Source: a virus. From it: DNA of 64,000 bases. The stretch lies in the IMG/VR virus record IMGVR_UViG_3300008262_000040. One strand, written 5' to 3'. Both the position numbers and the translations under genes were made by a program. Every line of letters begins with the position of its first letter. Position 1 is the stretch's first letter. The notes under the pieces were generated by a model. It searched no databases, was not told where the DNA came from, and saw nothing but the letters and a program-made list of their open reading frames with translations. Positions 27,141 through 36,700 of this stretch are shown here, in pieces.

Positions 27141-27695
27141 TTAATTAACGCAACAAACTCCTGACATTTCGCAAATAAGATCGCGCATGAGCTGATTTGC
27201 TTTGCTGTATTTTGTGTCTTGTTGTTGGAAATTAACAGATTCGTTTATGCCTATACCTACAGATTGTTGCGGTCTCATGTAAGCTCCGTAGGTGCTGGGT
27301 TGAGATACGAAGTCCCAACAGATGATGTCTAGATCTTCTTCAACTCGAACTAGACCTTCGCCTATCTGAGTAGTGGAACCCAAAGCCCTTGAAGATATGC
27401 CTACTGTAATGTTGTTTAGGAAGAGCTCCTTTAGTATGTTGCCTGACGGCGTAGGTAGTATCTCAACCTTTCCGTAGAGATCCTTTCCCTTCCACCACAG
27501 TTCTAATATGTTGTGTGATACGTTCTTTAAGTTTATGATGGAAGACTCTGGGTGATCCAATTCTCCCAACGCTCTGTTCTCAGCTATTGGACCTGATACG
27601 TATTTCTCAACCTGAGGATATAGTACATCGTAAGGATAAATGCGCCGGTTTGCGTTTGGTTTATCACAAGCTTGCACAAGACCAATCACGACCAT
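27141..27695 (-). CDS. gp21: prohead maturation protease (T4 gp21-like)
   Basis: NANRRIYP, ALGELDHP, VSHNI, ILPTPSG, GISSRALGS, WDFVSQPS. The frame stays open 27 codons upstream without an ATG. Confidence 0.9.
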   Translation of the reverse strand: MVVIGLVQACDKPNANRRIYPYDVLYPQVEKYVSGPIAENRALGELDHPESSIINLKNVSHNILELWWKGKDLYGKVEILPTPSGNILKELFLNNITVGISSRALGSTTQIGEGLVRVEEDLDIICWDFVSQPSTYGAYMRPQQSVGIGINESVNFQQQDTKYSKANQLMRDLICEMSGVCCVN

Positions 27696-27760
27696 GTTTC
27701 TGGTCTTTGCGTCGATTGATTCCTTTAAAATGTTAGTCGGTTGGAATACCGAGTGGTCTA

Positions 27761-29695
27761 TCAGTAGCTGTTTGGATTAGAAAAACCGCTCTTTCTTAAA
27801 TCATTAGCCATATTAGTAGCATCACCAGCGCTTTTTACAGGAATAATTTTTTCCCCTCTATTGGTTGAAATTGCTACGGCGGCTCCTCCCTCTTTTAATT
27901 TAGACTTTATCATTTCTTTGATCTTCTCTTTATTTTCTCCCTCTTCCATTTTGTTCAATCTTTCGATTATGGCAGCTATTTTTTCCTCTTTTGTCATGTC
28001 TTGCCACCAGCTTCTAGGAATCACATTGCCGCTTCCTCTAACAGATCCTAGATTTGGAAGCTTAGCAAACGCCGCGTCTCTAGCTGCTTTGTCTGGATCT
28101 ACCTGTATTGGTTCATCGGTTGTTTGTATTGGCTCTTCTTCGTCCTTATCCATGAGCTTATTTATAACATTGAACTGATAGTCTTTTATATTACTATCTT
28201 CTAATTCAACTGTTAACGTACCGCCAATTACCTCTTTAACTATCCCTTGGCCGTCTGGGGTTTTTACTTCCATGCCGGGGTGGTATTCTCTAGAAACGTT
28301 CTCCTGAAGCCACTGTTTTAGATTCTCTATTACGGCAGTTTTATTTTCATCTAGACCGAGTTCTTTTCTAGCTGAACTCGTATCTCCCATTAATATGCTC
28401 TGTACAGCTTGTTTGAGCTCTTCTTTGTTTGAAGCAGCTTCTACGCTACCGTAAAATTCATTATCCCACTTTGATGCTAATTGTGATTTTGGGTTAGCGA
28501 AATTTTTTCTGTACCAACCTTTAACTTTCATCTTCATCAAATCAAAGTCTTCTGCTTCTTTATCTTGTGGGCTTAGTAATGGTCCACCAGGTCTTGGTTT
28601 CATATACTCATCGTCCTCTATGTTTTCTTTTATGACTTTTTCGGTTCCTATTACTCCTTTATCTGGCATTACTTTAACGCCCTTTGGCTTACCTTTTCTA
28701 TTTTCTTTCTTAGACGCCTTCGTGTTAGCCTTATCAGCTTTGAAGCCCTTAGGCTTTCTCATCGCATTCTTCTTATCTACCAATTCTTTTTTTAGCTCTG
28801 TAGCTTCAAGCTCTTTGTCCTGTTTTTCAACCTTCTTTACGTTTGCTACTATCTGATCGTCGTACGCATTTGGATTCTTTTTAAGCTTCCTTGCCACTTT
28901 CTCTTTTACCTTATCGATTGTAGTATTGTCGTAAGTCTTTTCTTTCTTTAGCTCAGCTTCCATGCCCTTTTTAACAGCATAGGGAGACATTCTATCGAGT
29001 ATTTGTTCTGCGTCAAGCTTGTGTGCTTCGTTTACAGGCTCTGATTTGTTTAATTGTCCACTTTCTACTTTTTGTTCTGCTTTTCTCACCAAACTTGCTA
29101 TTCTTTCTACAGAATCTTCAATAGGTATATCAAACATTCCGACTCCTAAGTCTATTTCTCTACCACCCTCATCAGGAAGCGCTTGTAGTACGCGTTTCTT
29201 ACTTTTATATAGTCCAAAAAGTTTCTTTGTTATCTCGGTAGTGTAGTATTTAAAACTTACGTCTATGGTAGAGAATTCATCAAATCCCTTATAATCTCTT
29301 TTTTTCAATTCATAATCTGATGGACCTACAAACATTGTTAATGTATTTCCATTTGGAAAAGTTTTCCATGCAAATAACGTTTTATAACCTCCATATGGAT
29401 CTATTTCTGTTTCAAATCCCATAGATTCTAACTTTGCTACTAGAGGTTGAACTAGATCTTTTAGTGTAGCTTCATCTATAGTTGTAACTGGGGGAGCGTC
29501 AAAGAAAGCTCCACTAACTTCTTTAGTTATGTTTTCGGACACAAGTCTTTTGCTCTTCAATATGTTTACAGCGTCAGTAAAAGAAGTCACAGGGCTAATG
29601 AACTGTGGAAACTGTCTGCGGGCTTCCCTAACGAAATATTCACGGGTTGTCTTACCCTCTTGTAGCTGTTGATAAAGTTTGGTTATGTTTGTCAT
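27761..29695 (-). CDS. putative prohead core / internal head protein (multi-module)
   Basis: Lys/Glu-rich; many V/L/I-x-E sites (LVSEN, PVNEA, VIKEN, LQEN, KLKEG); lies between the portal and protease genes. Confidence 0.5.
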   Translation of the reverse strand: MTNITKLYQQLQEGKTTREYFVREARRQFPQFISPVTSFTDAVNILKSKRLVSENITKEVSGAFFDAPPVTTIDEATLKDLVQPLVAKLESMGFETEIDPYGGYKTLFAWKTFPNGNTLTMFVGPSDYELKKRDYKGFDEFSTIDVSFKYYTTEITKKLFGLYKSKKRVLQALPDEGGREIDLGVGMFDIPIEDSVERIASLVRKAEQKVESGQLNKSEPVNEAHKLDAEQILDRMSPYAVKKGMEAELKKEKTYDNTTIDKVKEKVARKLKKNPNAYDDQIVANVKKVEKQDKELEATELKKELVDKKNAMRKPKGFKADKANTKASKKENRKGKPKGVKVMPDKGVIGTEKVIKENIEDDEYMKPRPGGPLLSPQDKEAEDFDLMKMKVKGWYRKNFANPKSQLASKWDNEFYGSVEAASNKEELKQAVQSILMGDTSSARKELGLDENKTAVIENLKQWLQENVSREYHPGMEVKTPDGQGIVKEVIGGTLTVELEDSNIKDYQFNVINKLMDKDEEEPIQTTDEPIQVDPDKAARDAAFAKLPNLGSVRGSGNVIPRSWWQDMTKEEKIAAIIERLNKMEEGENKEKIKEMIKSKLKEGGAAVAISTNRGEKIIPVKSAGDATNMANDLRKSGFSNPNSY

Positions 29696-29713
29696 ACTAA
29701 TAAATATGTTAAG

Positions 29714-29842
29714 TTAGCGTCCTTGCCCTTGATAAGTCCTTTCTTTTCTGTCGTGTTTGTTGTGAGACTTCTGAGCTTTTCCTTTCTTTCTTTTGCCGAA
29801 ACTTATTTTACGGCTCTCTCCTGCTGATTTTGCTTTTGCCAT
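29714..29842 (-). CDS. 42-aa basic protein (not in the ORF track)
   Basis: MAKAKSAGESRKISFGKRKKGKAQKSHNKHDRKERTYQGQGR*; fills the gap between two genes. Confidence 0.7.
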   Translation of the reverse strand: MAKAKSAGESRKISFGKRKKGKAQKSHNKHDRKERTYQGQGR

Positions 29843-29844
29843 TT

Positions 29845-30951
29845 TTACTTTATGCTTTTGTATTTTTTGTATATCTCGCTGATGGATATTTGAAGCTTTT
29901 CCATCAATTTGTTTGTGTGACTCTTGTACTCCTGTAGACCAAGCTCTTCCTTCATTGTCTTAACGTAATCTATCACCTTCTCAGCTTCGTACAGCTTCTT
30001 TCTAACCAGCTTCATCGCTTCGTGCATCTGCTGCTCTTTGCTTCTGGTAACTGTTTCTTTTTTGAATCTGTGATAGTTCTCGTTTATTTGACTTTGGCTA
30101 CTTATAATAAAATCAGCTATTTCTACAGCATTTTTTAATCCACCTAACTGACTATATTTTATAGGTCCTTTATATCCAAGTTCTTTTCTAAGATAATTAG
30201 CAAAATCTACATGGAATTCAAGACGTGGAAGCTGTTTACCTATCTTTTTTTCTATAGCCACTAATAATTTTAATCGTTTGATGCGATTTTCATATGCACT
30301 CATTACAGAATAGTCGTTCTTTTGATGGGCAACTGATAGGAGGTTTTCTACTCTTTCTAGCTCTTGAGCGTTGGAATCAGAGTGATTTTCGTTTTTAGTG
30401 CTTTTCTCGTAAGTGTCTGTGAACCAATCGTAATCGTCTTCATCGTCGTCTTGTTCGTACGGTTCGTAAATATCATCGTCGTTGTATGTTTGCTCGGCTT
30501 CATCTATATCTAGTCTTGGCTTCTCTTCGAAGTCTTTTATTCCTGCTGGTATGGTTATGTCCGACTGGTGATATATAGACTTTGTGTTGTTTTTGAACTG
30601 AAGCGTAAAGTACTTTCCGTCTTCTGTAACGTCTACTATTTCGCCTATTTTATTGTGATTTACGTTACCCTTCATCGTCACCTTAGCTTTGTCTCCAACT
30701 TCAAAACCCTCGTTTACTCCCCATAAATCGCTGTATTGGAATCCTCCTGTGTCTTTAGTGTGACCCGGTCTAAAGCCCTTAAGCTTCTTGTATCCTGATA
30801 GTTCGTCCTCGGTAAAAGGGTTTCTTTTCTTTTTGCTTGCGTGTAAGGAAGCATTGTAAGCTCCGTCTGCGCCTGTTACATTTTGCTCGTCAAACGATGA
30901 TTGCTCTTCCCTAAGTTTTAAAGTAGCAAAAGAGTTATTGAATGGCTTCAT
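29845..30951 (-). CDS. putative internal head protein with a KOW/SH3-like segment
   Basis: FEVGDKAKV...KIGEIVDV; acidic tract; KLREE, GVNEG and QINEN sites. Confidence 0.45.
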   Translation of the reverse strand: MKPFNNSFATLKLREEQSSFDEQNVTGADGAYNASLHASKKKRNPFTEDELSGYKKLKGFRPGHTKDTGGFQYSDLWGVNEGFEVGDKAKVTMKGNVNHNKIGEIVDVTEDGKYFTLQFKNNTKSIYHQSDITIPAGIKDFEEKPRLDIDEAEQTYNDDDIYEPYEQDDDEDDYDWFTDTYEKSTKNENHSDSNAQELERVENLLSVAHQKNDYSVMSAYENRIKRLKLLVAIEKKIGKQLPRLEFHVDFANYLRKELGYKGPIKYSQLGGLKNAVEIADFIISSQSQINENYHRFKKETVTRSKEQQMHEAMKLVRKKLYEAEKVIDYVKTMKEELGLQEYKSHTNKLMEKLQISISEIYKKYKSIK

Positions 30952-30954
30952 GTT

Positions 30955-31803
30955 TTACTTCTGTTTTAGTATGTCTATGAGCTCTATGTATTGTAACAGA
31001 TTTGATATAGCGTCGTCTTTTATTGACTCGTTTTGCTTTATTGGATTAAGAAGCTTTATCGTTTCGTTTAGCCTTATTACTGTTACTTTGTCTTCTATGC
31101 CCTTTTTGATCTCAACCAATTCTGTTTTGATTTGTTTTATCAATCCGTTCAAATAGTTCTTAAGACTTTCAGTTTCTGATATGTTGTTTATGTATTCTTT
31201 CAACACCTCTTTCTGTCTTTCTGAGAAGTTGTTGTACTTTGAATTGAACTTTTCTACCATTAACTTGTACGCCAACAGTCTGATTTCTTTGTCCTCTTTC
31301 ATGAGATCTTGAACCATAGTAGCGCTGATGGGTTTATTTTTTAACTCCTCGTCCGTTATGTGTTCCAAGAGGTTTATCTTATTCAGCAATACCTGCTTTG
31401 TGTCAACTGTTTGACTGTATTGCGACTCAAACACAGTGTATATAGATGCGTAAGTCTTATAGTTGTCTATCTTAGCTTTAAAGAAGTCGTCTATGTTATA
31501 GTTGTTCTTTATCTCTTTTATGAGGTTGTATTTTTCTCTGTTCAACTTTTCGTTGTCAAGCTTCTTTCTCTGTTCTAACACAGTGCTTATGAACATCTCT
31601 GCTTTTGACTCAGATAGTTTCTCTGTTGTGTTGAACATGTTATAAAGTTGGTACTCTTTGCCCAACTCGGTGTTGACAAAATACTTCTTGAGTATCTTAA
31701 CGGCTTTGGTGTCTTTGTTTTGTACCAAATCGGCGGTAGTTTGTCTAACTAGTAGTTCAAAGAGTATCGCCGGGTTTCTGTATTTGCTGTGTTTAACTGC
31801 CAT
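30955..31803 (-). CDS. head-assembly region protein
   Basis: Helical 282-aa ORF just downstream of the portal gene, with its own ATATTTAT motif. Confidence 0.55.
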   Translation of the reverse strand: MAVKHSKYRNPAILFELLVRQTTADLVQNKDTKAVKILKKYFVNTELGKEYQLYNMFNTTEKLSESKAEMFISTVLEQRKKLDNEKLNREKYNLIKEIKNNYNIDDFFKAKIDNYKTYASIYTVFESQYSQTVDTKQVLLNKINLLEHITDEELKNKPISATMVQDLMKEDKEIRLLAYKLMVEKFNSKYNNFSERQKEVLKEYINNISETESLKNYLNGLIKQIKTELVEIKKGIEDKVTVIRLNETIKLLNPIKQNESIKDDAISNLLQYIELIDILKQK

Positions 31804-31840
31804 ATTGCGTTAATAGTCTATCTATAAATATAACAAATAA

Positions 31841-33769
31841 TTACTCGGGATCTTGTAATATGTTACTTTCGTCTAAAAGATCTGTGGATTCAAATAGCTT
31901 CACTTTTCTTTGAGACTTATTAGCTATCTTATCAAGCATTTGTTTATTTTTTAACAACTCTGCCATAGTGCTTTCTAACGCTAATGGTCCTCCTCTGTAT
32001 TCTGGCTTGAGTTTGTCTTCTCCTGTTTCCGCATTTGATTTTAGATCGTACACTCCCATTCCGTCTCTTCCAAAAGGACTCGCATCTGTTCCATGCTTAG
32101 ATTTGTACTTCTGTGGTCTACCTGGTGATTCGTATTTTTCTTCTGGTTTATTCTCATCATATCCTGTTGGTACGTCTAGAGACATGTCGCCCTTTCCACC
32201 GTATAGGCTAGCCAATTGGTGTGGAGTACCGAAAGCTTGACCTGTTTCTGCTGGATCGTTGCCCTCTTCCGCAATTTGTTTGTATCTAAATGCTCTCTTT
32301 TGATCTTCAAGTATCATGTCTTCGAGCTCTAAGTATTGATCTTCAGAGAAGTGGAATACCTTATCGTATATGTAATCTCTAGGTAACAACTGTCCGTCCA
32401 TAGCTTGTTTTGCTAAGTCTATCTTCTCTTTGAATAGCGCTACTCTTTCTTGATCGTATATTATCGATGGATTTGTTAGTGATATGGTGAAGTTAGCTGC
32501 TGACTCGTTTGTGTATCCGTGAGCATATAGGTGAATCAAGCCTATCTTCGTTAATTCAGACACGATGATACGTTGTATGCGCTCAACCGTTCTAGCAAAG
32601 CGTATATCTTCCGCGGCTAATGTTGCTTTACCCGTTAAGTCCTTTTCGTATCCCATGAACGCTTTTGGTATCTTCAACGCTGCAAATAACTTTTCTCTAA
32701 AGTATGCCACATCTTCGATACCGTTGTAATCAAGACCTTTTGCTGTGTCTATCCTTGTGGTCTGATCGCTACCCCTAACAGGAATAACGAAGTCCTCAAG
32801 CATATTCTGTACGTTGTATTTTAGGTTGTAATTACCAGTTTGTGGGTCCATCAAAGGAGTCTTCTTCATCTTATTCATCATCCTTTGAATGTAGTTTTCC
32901 ACTTCAGTTGGAGGTATAGCGCCAACGTTAACGTAAAACACTCTACGCTCTGGTGCTCTAACAATCCTGTGAATCAACATAGCGTCTTCTATGAGTGTAT
33001 ACTGTTTAAATAGTTTTCTTGCGGGCTCTAGGTAAGATCTACCGTAAGGCAAATAGTTAACGTCTCCTGTCAATCTGAAGTGCGCCATCTCGTAGTTATC
33101 GAACCATATACCGGCGTCTTGGTTATTGAACGCTGATGAGTAACCAGTGGTAGATGCGATAGCTGCGTTTGGATCGTATTTGAATCTTACTTCTGAAGGA
33201 TTTTCTGGATTGTATCCCTCTTGTCTAACTATGTTGTAAGCCGAAAACGGGATTACGTTGTAAACTCCGTACTTCTCTGCCATTTCAAGCTTTAAATAAA
33301 AATCACCGTACTTACACATGTTTCTTATCCATCCCCAAAGGCTAAATTCGATGTTTAGAATTGAATAATAAAGATTGTAAAGAAGCTTCTGTATGTTTTC
33401 GTCAGAAGAACGTATCTGTAGCACTTCTCCCTGTTCGTTCTTAAGCGTACACTCATCGGCTATGATGTCCAAGGCTGAGGCAACAATAGCGTCAGTGTCC
33501 ATAGCATCGTAGTCAGCGTATATCTGTACACGAGCTGATTGGTAGTTTTGAGCTAAGTTCATGTTCACGCCGTAAGCTGTAGACGTTGTGTAAACTTTAT
33601 GGAATCTGTCTACTAAGCTATTAGTCTGTACAACTCCAGAGTTTTGTATTCTATCGGTGTCTATGACCTTTAGCATTGCTCCGCCTTCGTTTCTTATTAT
33701 CACATCCGTGGAAAATAAGCGTCTAAGCGTACTAAATAGGTTCTCTTGCGGTTTCTTTTGTTCTTCCAT
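31841..33769 (-). CDS. gp20: portal protein (T4 gp20-like)
   Basis: KYGDFYL, SYLEPARK, EDAMLIHRIVRAPERRVFYVNVG, MLEDFVIPVRG, LFAALKIPK, EDIRFARTVERIQ. Confidence 0.95.
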   Translation of the reverse strand: MEEQKKPQENLFSTLRRLFSTDVIIRNEGGAMLKVIDTDRIQNSGVVQTNSLVDRFHKVYTTSTAYGVNMNLAQNYQSARVQIYADYDAMDTDAIVASALDIIADECTLKNEQGEVLQIRSSDENIQKLLYNLYYSILNIEFSLWGWIRNMCKYGDFYLKLEMAEKYGVYNVIPFSAYNIVRQEGYNPENPSEVRFKYDPNAAIASTTGYSSAFNNQDAGIWFDNYEMAHFRLTGDVNYLPYGRSYLEPARKLFKQYTLIEDAMLIHRIVRAPERRVFYVNVGAIPPTEVENYIQRMMNKMKKTPLMDPQTGNYNLKYNVQNMLEDFVIPVRGSDQTTRIDTAKGLDYNGIEDVAYFREKLFAALKIPKAFMGYEKDLTGKATLAAEDIRFARTVERIQRIIVSELTKIGLIHLYAHGYTNESAANFTISLTNPSIIYDQERVALFKEKIDLAKQAMDGQLLPRDYIYDKVFHFSEDQYLELEDMILEDQKRAFRYKQIAEEGNDPAETGQAFGTPHQLASLYGGKGDMSLDVPTGYDENKPEEKYESPGRPQKYKSKHGTDASPFGRDGMGVYDLKSNAETGEDKLKPEYRGGPLALESTMAELLKNKQMLDKIANKSQRKVKLFESTDLLDESNILQDPE

Positions 33770-33780
33770 TTTTTATTCTT

Positions 33781-35379
33781 TTATAATAACCAAGAAAGGT
33801 CGTGGTTTTGTGTTTGTCCGTCTGGTGTGGATATTGGCATACTCCATGGATTGCTGTATCCACTGTAATCGCTTGACGGTAAATATTGCGTATGATTAGT
33901 CTTATTTATGTTGTTTATTGACACTGAGGTTAGGCTATCCATTGTTTTTTTGAACCTTAACGACGTCTCTCTTAGGTACATTCCCATTGCAAACGACATT
34001 ACAAGATCATCGTTGTACCCCTGCATAGCTTGCTGTTTACCGTTCTTCCAAACGAAAACTCTAAGCTCTTCCAGAAGTCGTATAGATCTTATTGTCACTA
34101 TCTTGTTTTCGATAAAGTCTCTCATCTTCTCTATAGCTAAAGGACGTGTCTTTTGACTCATGGTGAATCCTGGCACTAATCCTGAACCTCTATCGAATCT
34201 GTCTATGTATTTCTCAAAAGAGTTATCCGCATCAATTCTGTGACTGTAGTGTATGTTTGGATAACCACTATCTATCACTGTTTGTACAACGTCCCAACCT
34301 ATGTTAGCGTTTTCAACGACCAATAGTGCTTGATTGTATTCATTAGCGATTGCCAATAAAACGTTAGCGTATTCTCTCGTATCTATTTGAGACTTGTATT
34401 CTGCTACTTGAGATAGTGTCTCTGTGTCTATAACGTGAAACGCAGAGTAGTCTGAACTGTCTCCTCGAGCGACGTCAGCTATTATTGCATAATATCTCAT
34501 TGGATCGGGATACTCCCATATCCACAGAGCCTTGTCCATGCCTCGTCTTTCCAAAGGTTCGCTAATCATGTTCATTTCATACCAGGTTAATATCTCTGGT
34601 TCGATGACTCCCGCGCCTGACGTAGCAAAATCGCAATCACACTCTTGCGCAGCGTTTCTTACACCAAGTTCTTTTGTTTGTTGTTCTCTCCACTCTTCAT
34701 TCCTTTCTGGGTGTACGGTCCAAGGCAACGATATTGGCAAAAATCTATTCTCTCTCTTTTGCGCTTTTGTGTAAGTCTTGTGAAACCAGTTACCAACACC
34801 GTTTGGAGTAGATAGTGCTATGCATCTACCACCGGTAGCTAACGTCTGTTGCGCAGCTGTAAATATGTCCTCGATCCTATCAATGAAAGCGGCTTCGTCT
34901 ATGACTAGCAGTGATACAGCTTCCGAACGAGTTGCGTCTCCTGCTGCAGATACAGCCTTTATCTGTGAACCGTTAACCAACCTAAGACTCAATCTATTGT
35001 CTTCAGAGTGTCCTATCTTCAACCAAGCTGGTAAGTTTTGGTAAGCAAAGCGAACCTTAGTTACCATGTTCTTAGCTGTCATTTGCGTTGTTGCTACAAC
35101 TAGTACGTTCTTATCTTTGTTAAACAGCATCAACCATAGAGAGTAAGCTGATACCAGTGTAGATATGCCAAGCTGTCTTGATTTGTTTATTATTGCGTAC
35201 TCGTTGGATTGGAACAGCTTTAGCACCTTCTCTTGAAAGTCGTAAAGATCGAACAGTTGCCTTCCTCTAGTTGGGTGTTGGATCATGTAGTACTTTCGCA
35301 TGAAATACACAGGATCTTGAGCACACTTTATGAATTCCTCTTTTATCCTATCTCTTATGTACTGTTTGTTATCTGGCAT
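33781..35379 (-). CDS. terL: terminase large subunit (T4 gp17-like)
   Basis: KSRQLGIST, LLVIDEAAF, STPNG, ADVARG..SDYS, VVENAN, DDLVMS. Confidence 0.95.
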   Translation of the reverse strand: MPDNKQYIRDRIKEEFIKCAQDPVYFMRKYYMIQHPTRGRQLFDLYDFQEKVLKLFQSNEYAIINKSRQLGISTLVSAYSLWLMLFNKDKNVLVVATTQMTAKNMVTKVRFAYQNLPAWLKIGHSEDNRLSLRLVNGSQIKAVSAAGDATRSEAVSLLVIDEAAFIDRIEDIFTAAQQTLATGGRCIALSTPNGVGNWFHKTYTKAQKRENRFLPISLPWTVHPERNEEWREQQTKELGVRNAAQECDCDFATSGAGVIEPEILTWYEMNMISEPLERRGMDKALWIWEYPDPMRYYAIIADVARGDSSDYSAFHVIDTETLSQVAEYKSQIDTREYANVLLAIANEYNQALLVVENANIGWDVVQTVIDSGYPNIHYSHRIDADNSFEKYIDRFDRGSGLVPGFTMSQKTRPLAIEKMRDFIENKIVTIRSIRLLEELRVFVWKNGKQQAMQGYNDDLVMSFAMGMYLRETSLRFKKTMDSLTSVSINNINKTNHTQYLPSSDYSGYSNPWSMPISTPDGQTQNHDLSWLL

Positions 35380-35380
35380 G

Positions 35381-35770
35381 TTACTTAGCTATAAGCAAAT
35401 ACGATAGGAAACCTATGATTGTTCCAGCTCCTATTTGATTTAATACAAGCTTTGTTTTTAGCTTTCTATAGTCTTTTTTTAGATTGTCGTAAGACTCTTT
35501 ATATAAGTTCGTTTTTTCTTTCTCTACGTCTATTTGTGATTTGCAAGTTTCCATCTTCTGTGTGTAAACAGTTATAATGCTGTCTTTTGCGTTAATCTTT
35601 TGTTCCAATAGCTTTATCTGTTCATTGCATAGGTTCAATTGGGCTTTAACGCTTTCGTAATCTATTAAATCTTTAATTACTGATTTTGCTACATGTGTTG
35701 GTAGTTTAACAGTATCCTGAGAAAACGCTATTACAGGGCATAAAAATGCAATTAATATGAGCTTTTTCAT
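35381..35770 (-). CDS. periplasmic coiled-coil protein with signal peptide and C-terminal TM (possible spanin component)
   Basis: Signal peptide ...IAFS|Q, coiled coil and hydrophobic C-terminus. Confidence 0.45.
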   Translation of the reverse strand: MKKLILIAFLCPVIAFSQDTVKLPTHVAKSVIKDLIDYESVKAQLNLCNEQIKLLEQKINAKDSIITVYTQKMETCKSQIDVEKEKTNLYKESYDNLKKDYRKLKTKLVLNQIGAGTIIGFLSYLLIAK

Positions 35771-35774
35771 AGTA

Positions 35775-36152
35775 TTAATATTTGTATCTTACTTTAAAAA
35801 ATGAATCTATTTGCGTGTTGGTAAAAGTGTCTACGCGCTCTTGTTGCTTTATATAATATTCCTTTATAACTGTTGTTTTTTCTTTTATGTTGTGTATTTT
35901 GTAGTCTAATGTCTCTATTACGCCTTGTTGATCTCTTATCAAACTATCATAAGAAAGCTGTTGTTGTTCAAGCTTTTTTGACTGCTCTTCTAGATCTTTT
36001 ATCTTCTTTTTTAGGTCTGAATCTTGTTTTGGTATCAATGTAAATAACAGTATTACACACGTTATAGCAGATAACGCAGCTATCATATAAACAACTTTTT
36101 TTGTTGTTTGATGACAAGCGATTTTTTGTATTGAAGATAATAGACTACTCAT
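35775..36152 (-). CDS. membrane-anchored coiled-coil protein (possible inner spanin)
   Basis: N-terminal TM followed by a coiled coil; late-type motif upstream. Confidence 0.45.
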   Translation of the reverse strand: MSSLLSSIQKIACHQTTKKVVYMIAALSAITCVILLFTLIPKQDSDLKKKIKDLEEQSKKLEQQQLSYDSLIRDQQGVIETLDYKIHNIKEKTTVIKEYYIKQQERVDTFTNTQIDSFFKVRYKY

Positions 36153-36176
36153 GAGTTTTATTAATAAATATGCGTA

Positions 36177-36650
36177 CTAATTACTTAGCCATTCTGGTAT
36201 CGAATTTGATCTATTGTAGTTCAATCCTTTTGTAAGCACTTTATCGTATAAATAAAAGTCTCTATACGCTTTAACAGTATCTTTATTTTTATAATCTTCA
36301 GGCATACATTGAGGAGGGGGAACAAAGCCTATATTTGGCAGTTGAGGTCTGTTTTCTACTAACCAATCCAATACACCTTCTGTTTTGTGTTGCTTACCGT
36401 ACCGTTTTGTGTACTCTTTAAATATGCCTTTTGCGTGCTCAATTAACCAATCGTAGTGACTTTTAGATGAGCGAGTCCATATTGTTGAAGGGTGATTTAC
36501 GTGGGCTTTCTTGTATGGGGCTGTCGATCCATTCATCCAGTGTGCAGTAGACAACATTTGTGCAGACTCTATACCCATTTTGAGTACGTGTTGGTCGCAA
36601 AGGTCTTCAGCAGCTTTTAATGGATCTTCGTGTAAATAGAATATGTTCAT
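36177..36650 (-). CDS. pyrimidine-dimer DNA glycosylase / endonuclease V-like protein
   Basis: MNIFYL..DP..AA..LCDQHVLKM.IESAQMLSTAH...HVNHPSTIW...EYTKRYGK.H...PQCMP..YK...V.AYR. Confidence 0.75.
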   Translation of the reverse strand: MNIFYLHEDPLKAAEDLCDQHVLKMGIESAQMLSTAHWMNGSTAPYKKAHVNHPSTIWTRSSKSHYDWLIEHAKGIFKEYTKRYGKQHKTEGVLDWLVENRPQLPNIGFVPPPQCMPEDYKNKDTVKAYRDFYLYDKVLTKGLNYNRSNSIPEWLSN

Positions 36651-36700
36651 AACTTTTTTTATAAATGTAACAAATATTTGATTCTATTGTTACTTTATCT

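Noticed and set aside
24160-35379. Introns or inteins in capsid, portal or terminase
   Set aside because: The ORFs are continuous and of ordinary size, with no splicing or homing-endonuclease motifs.
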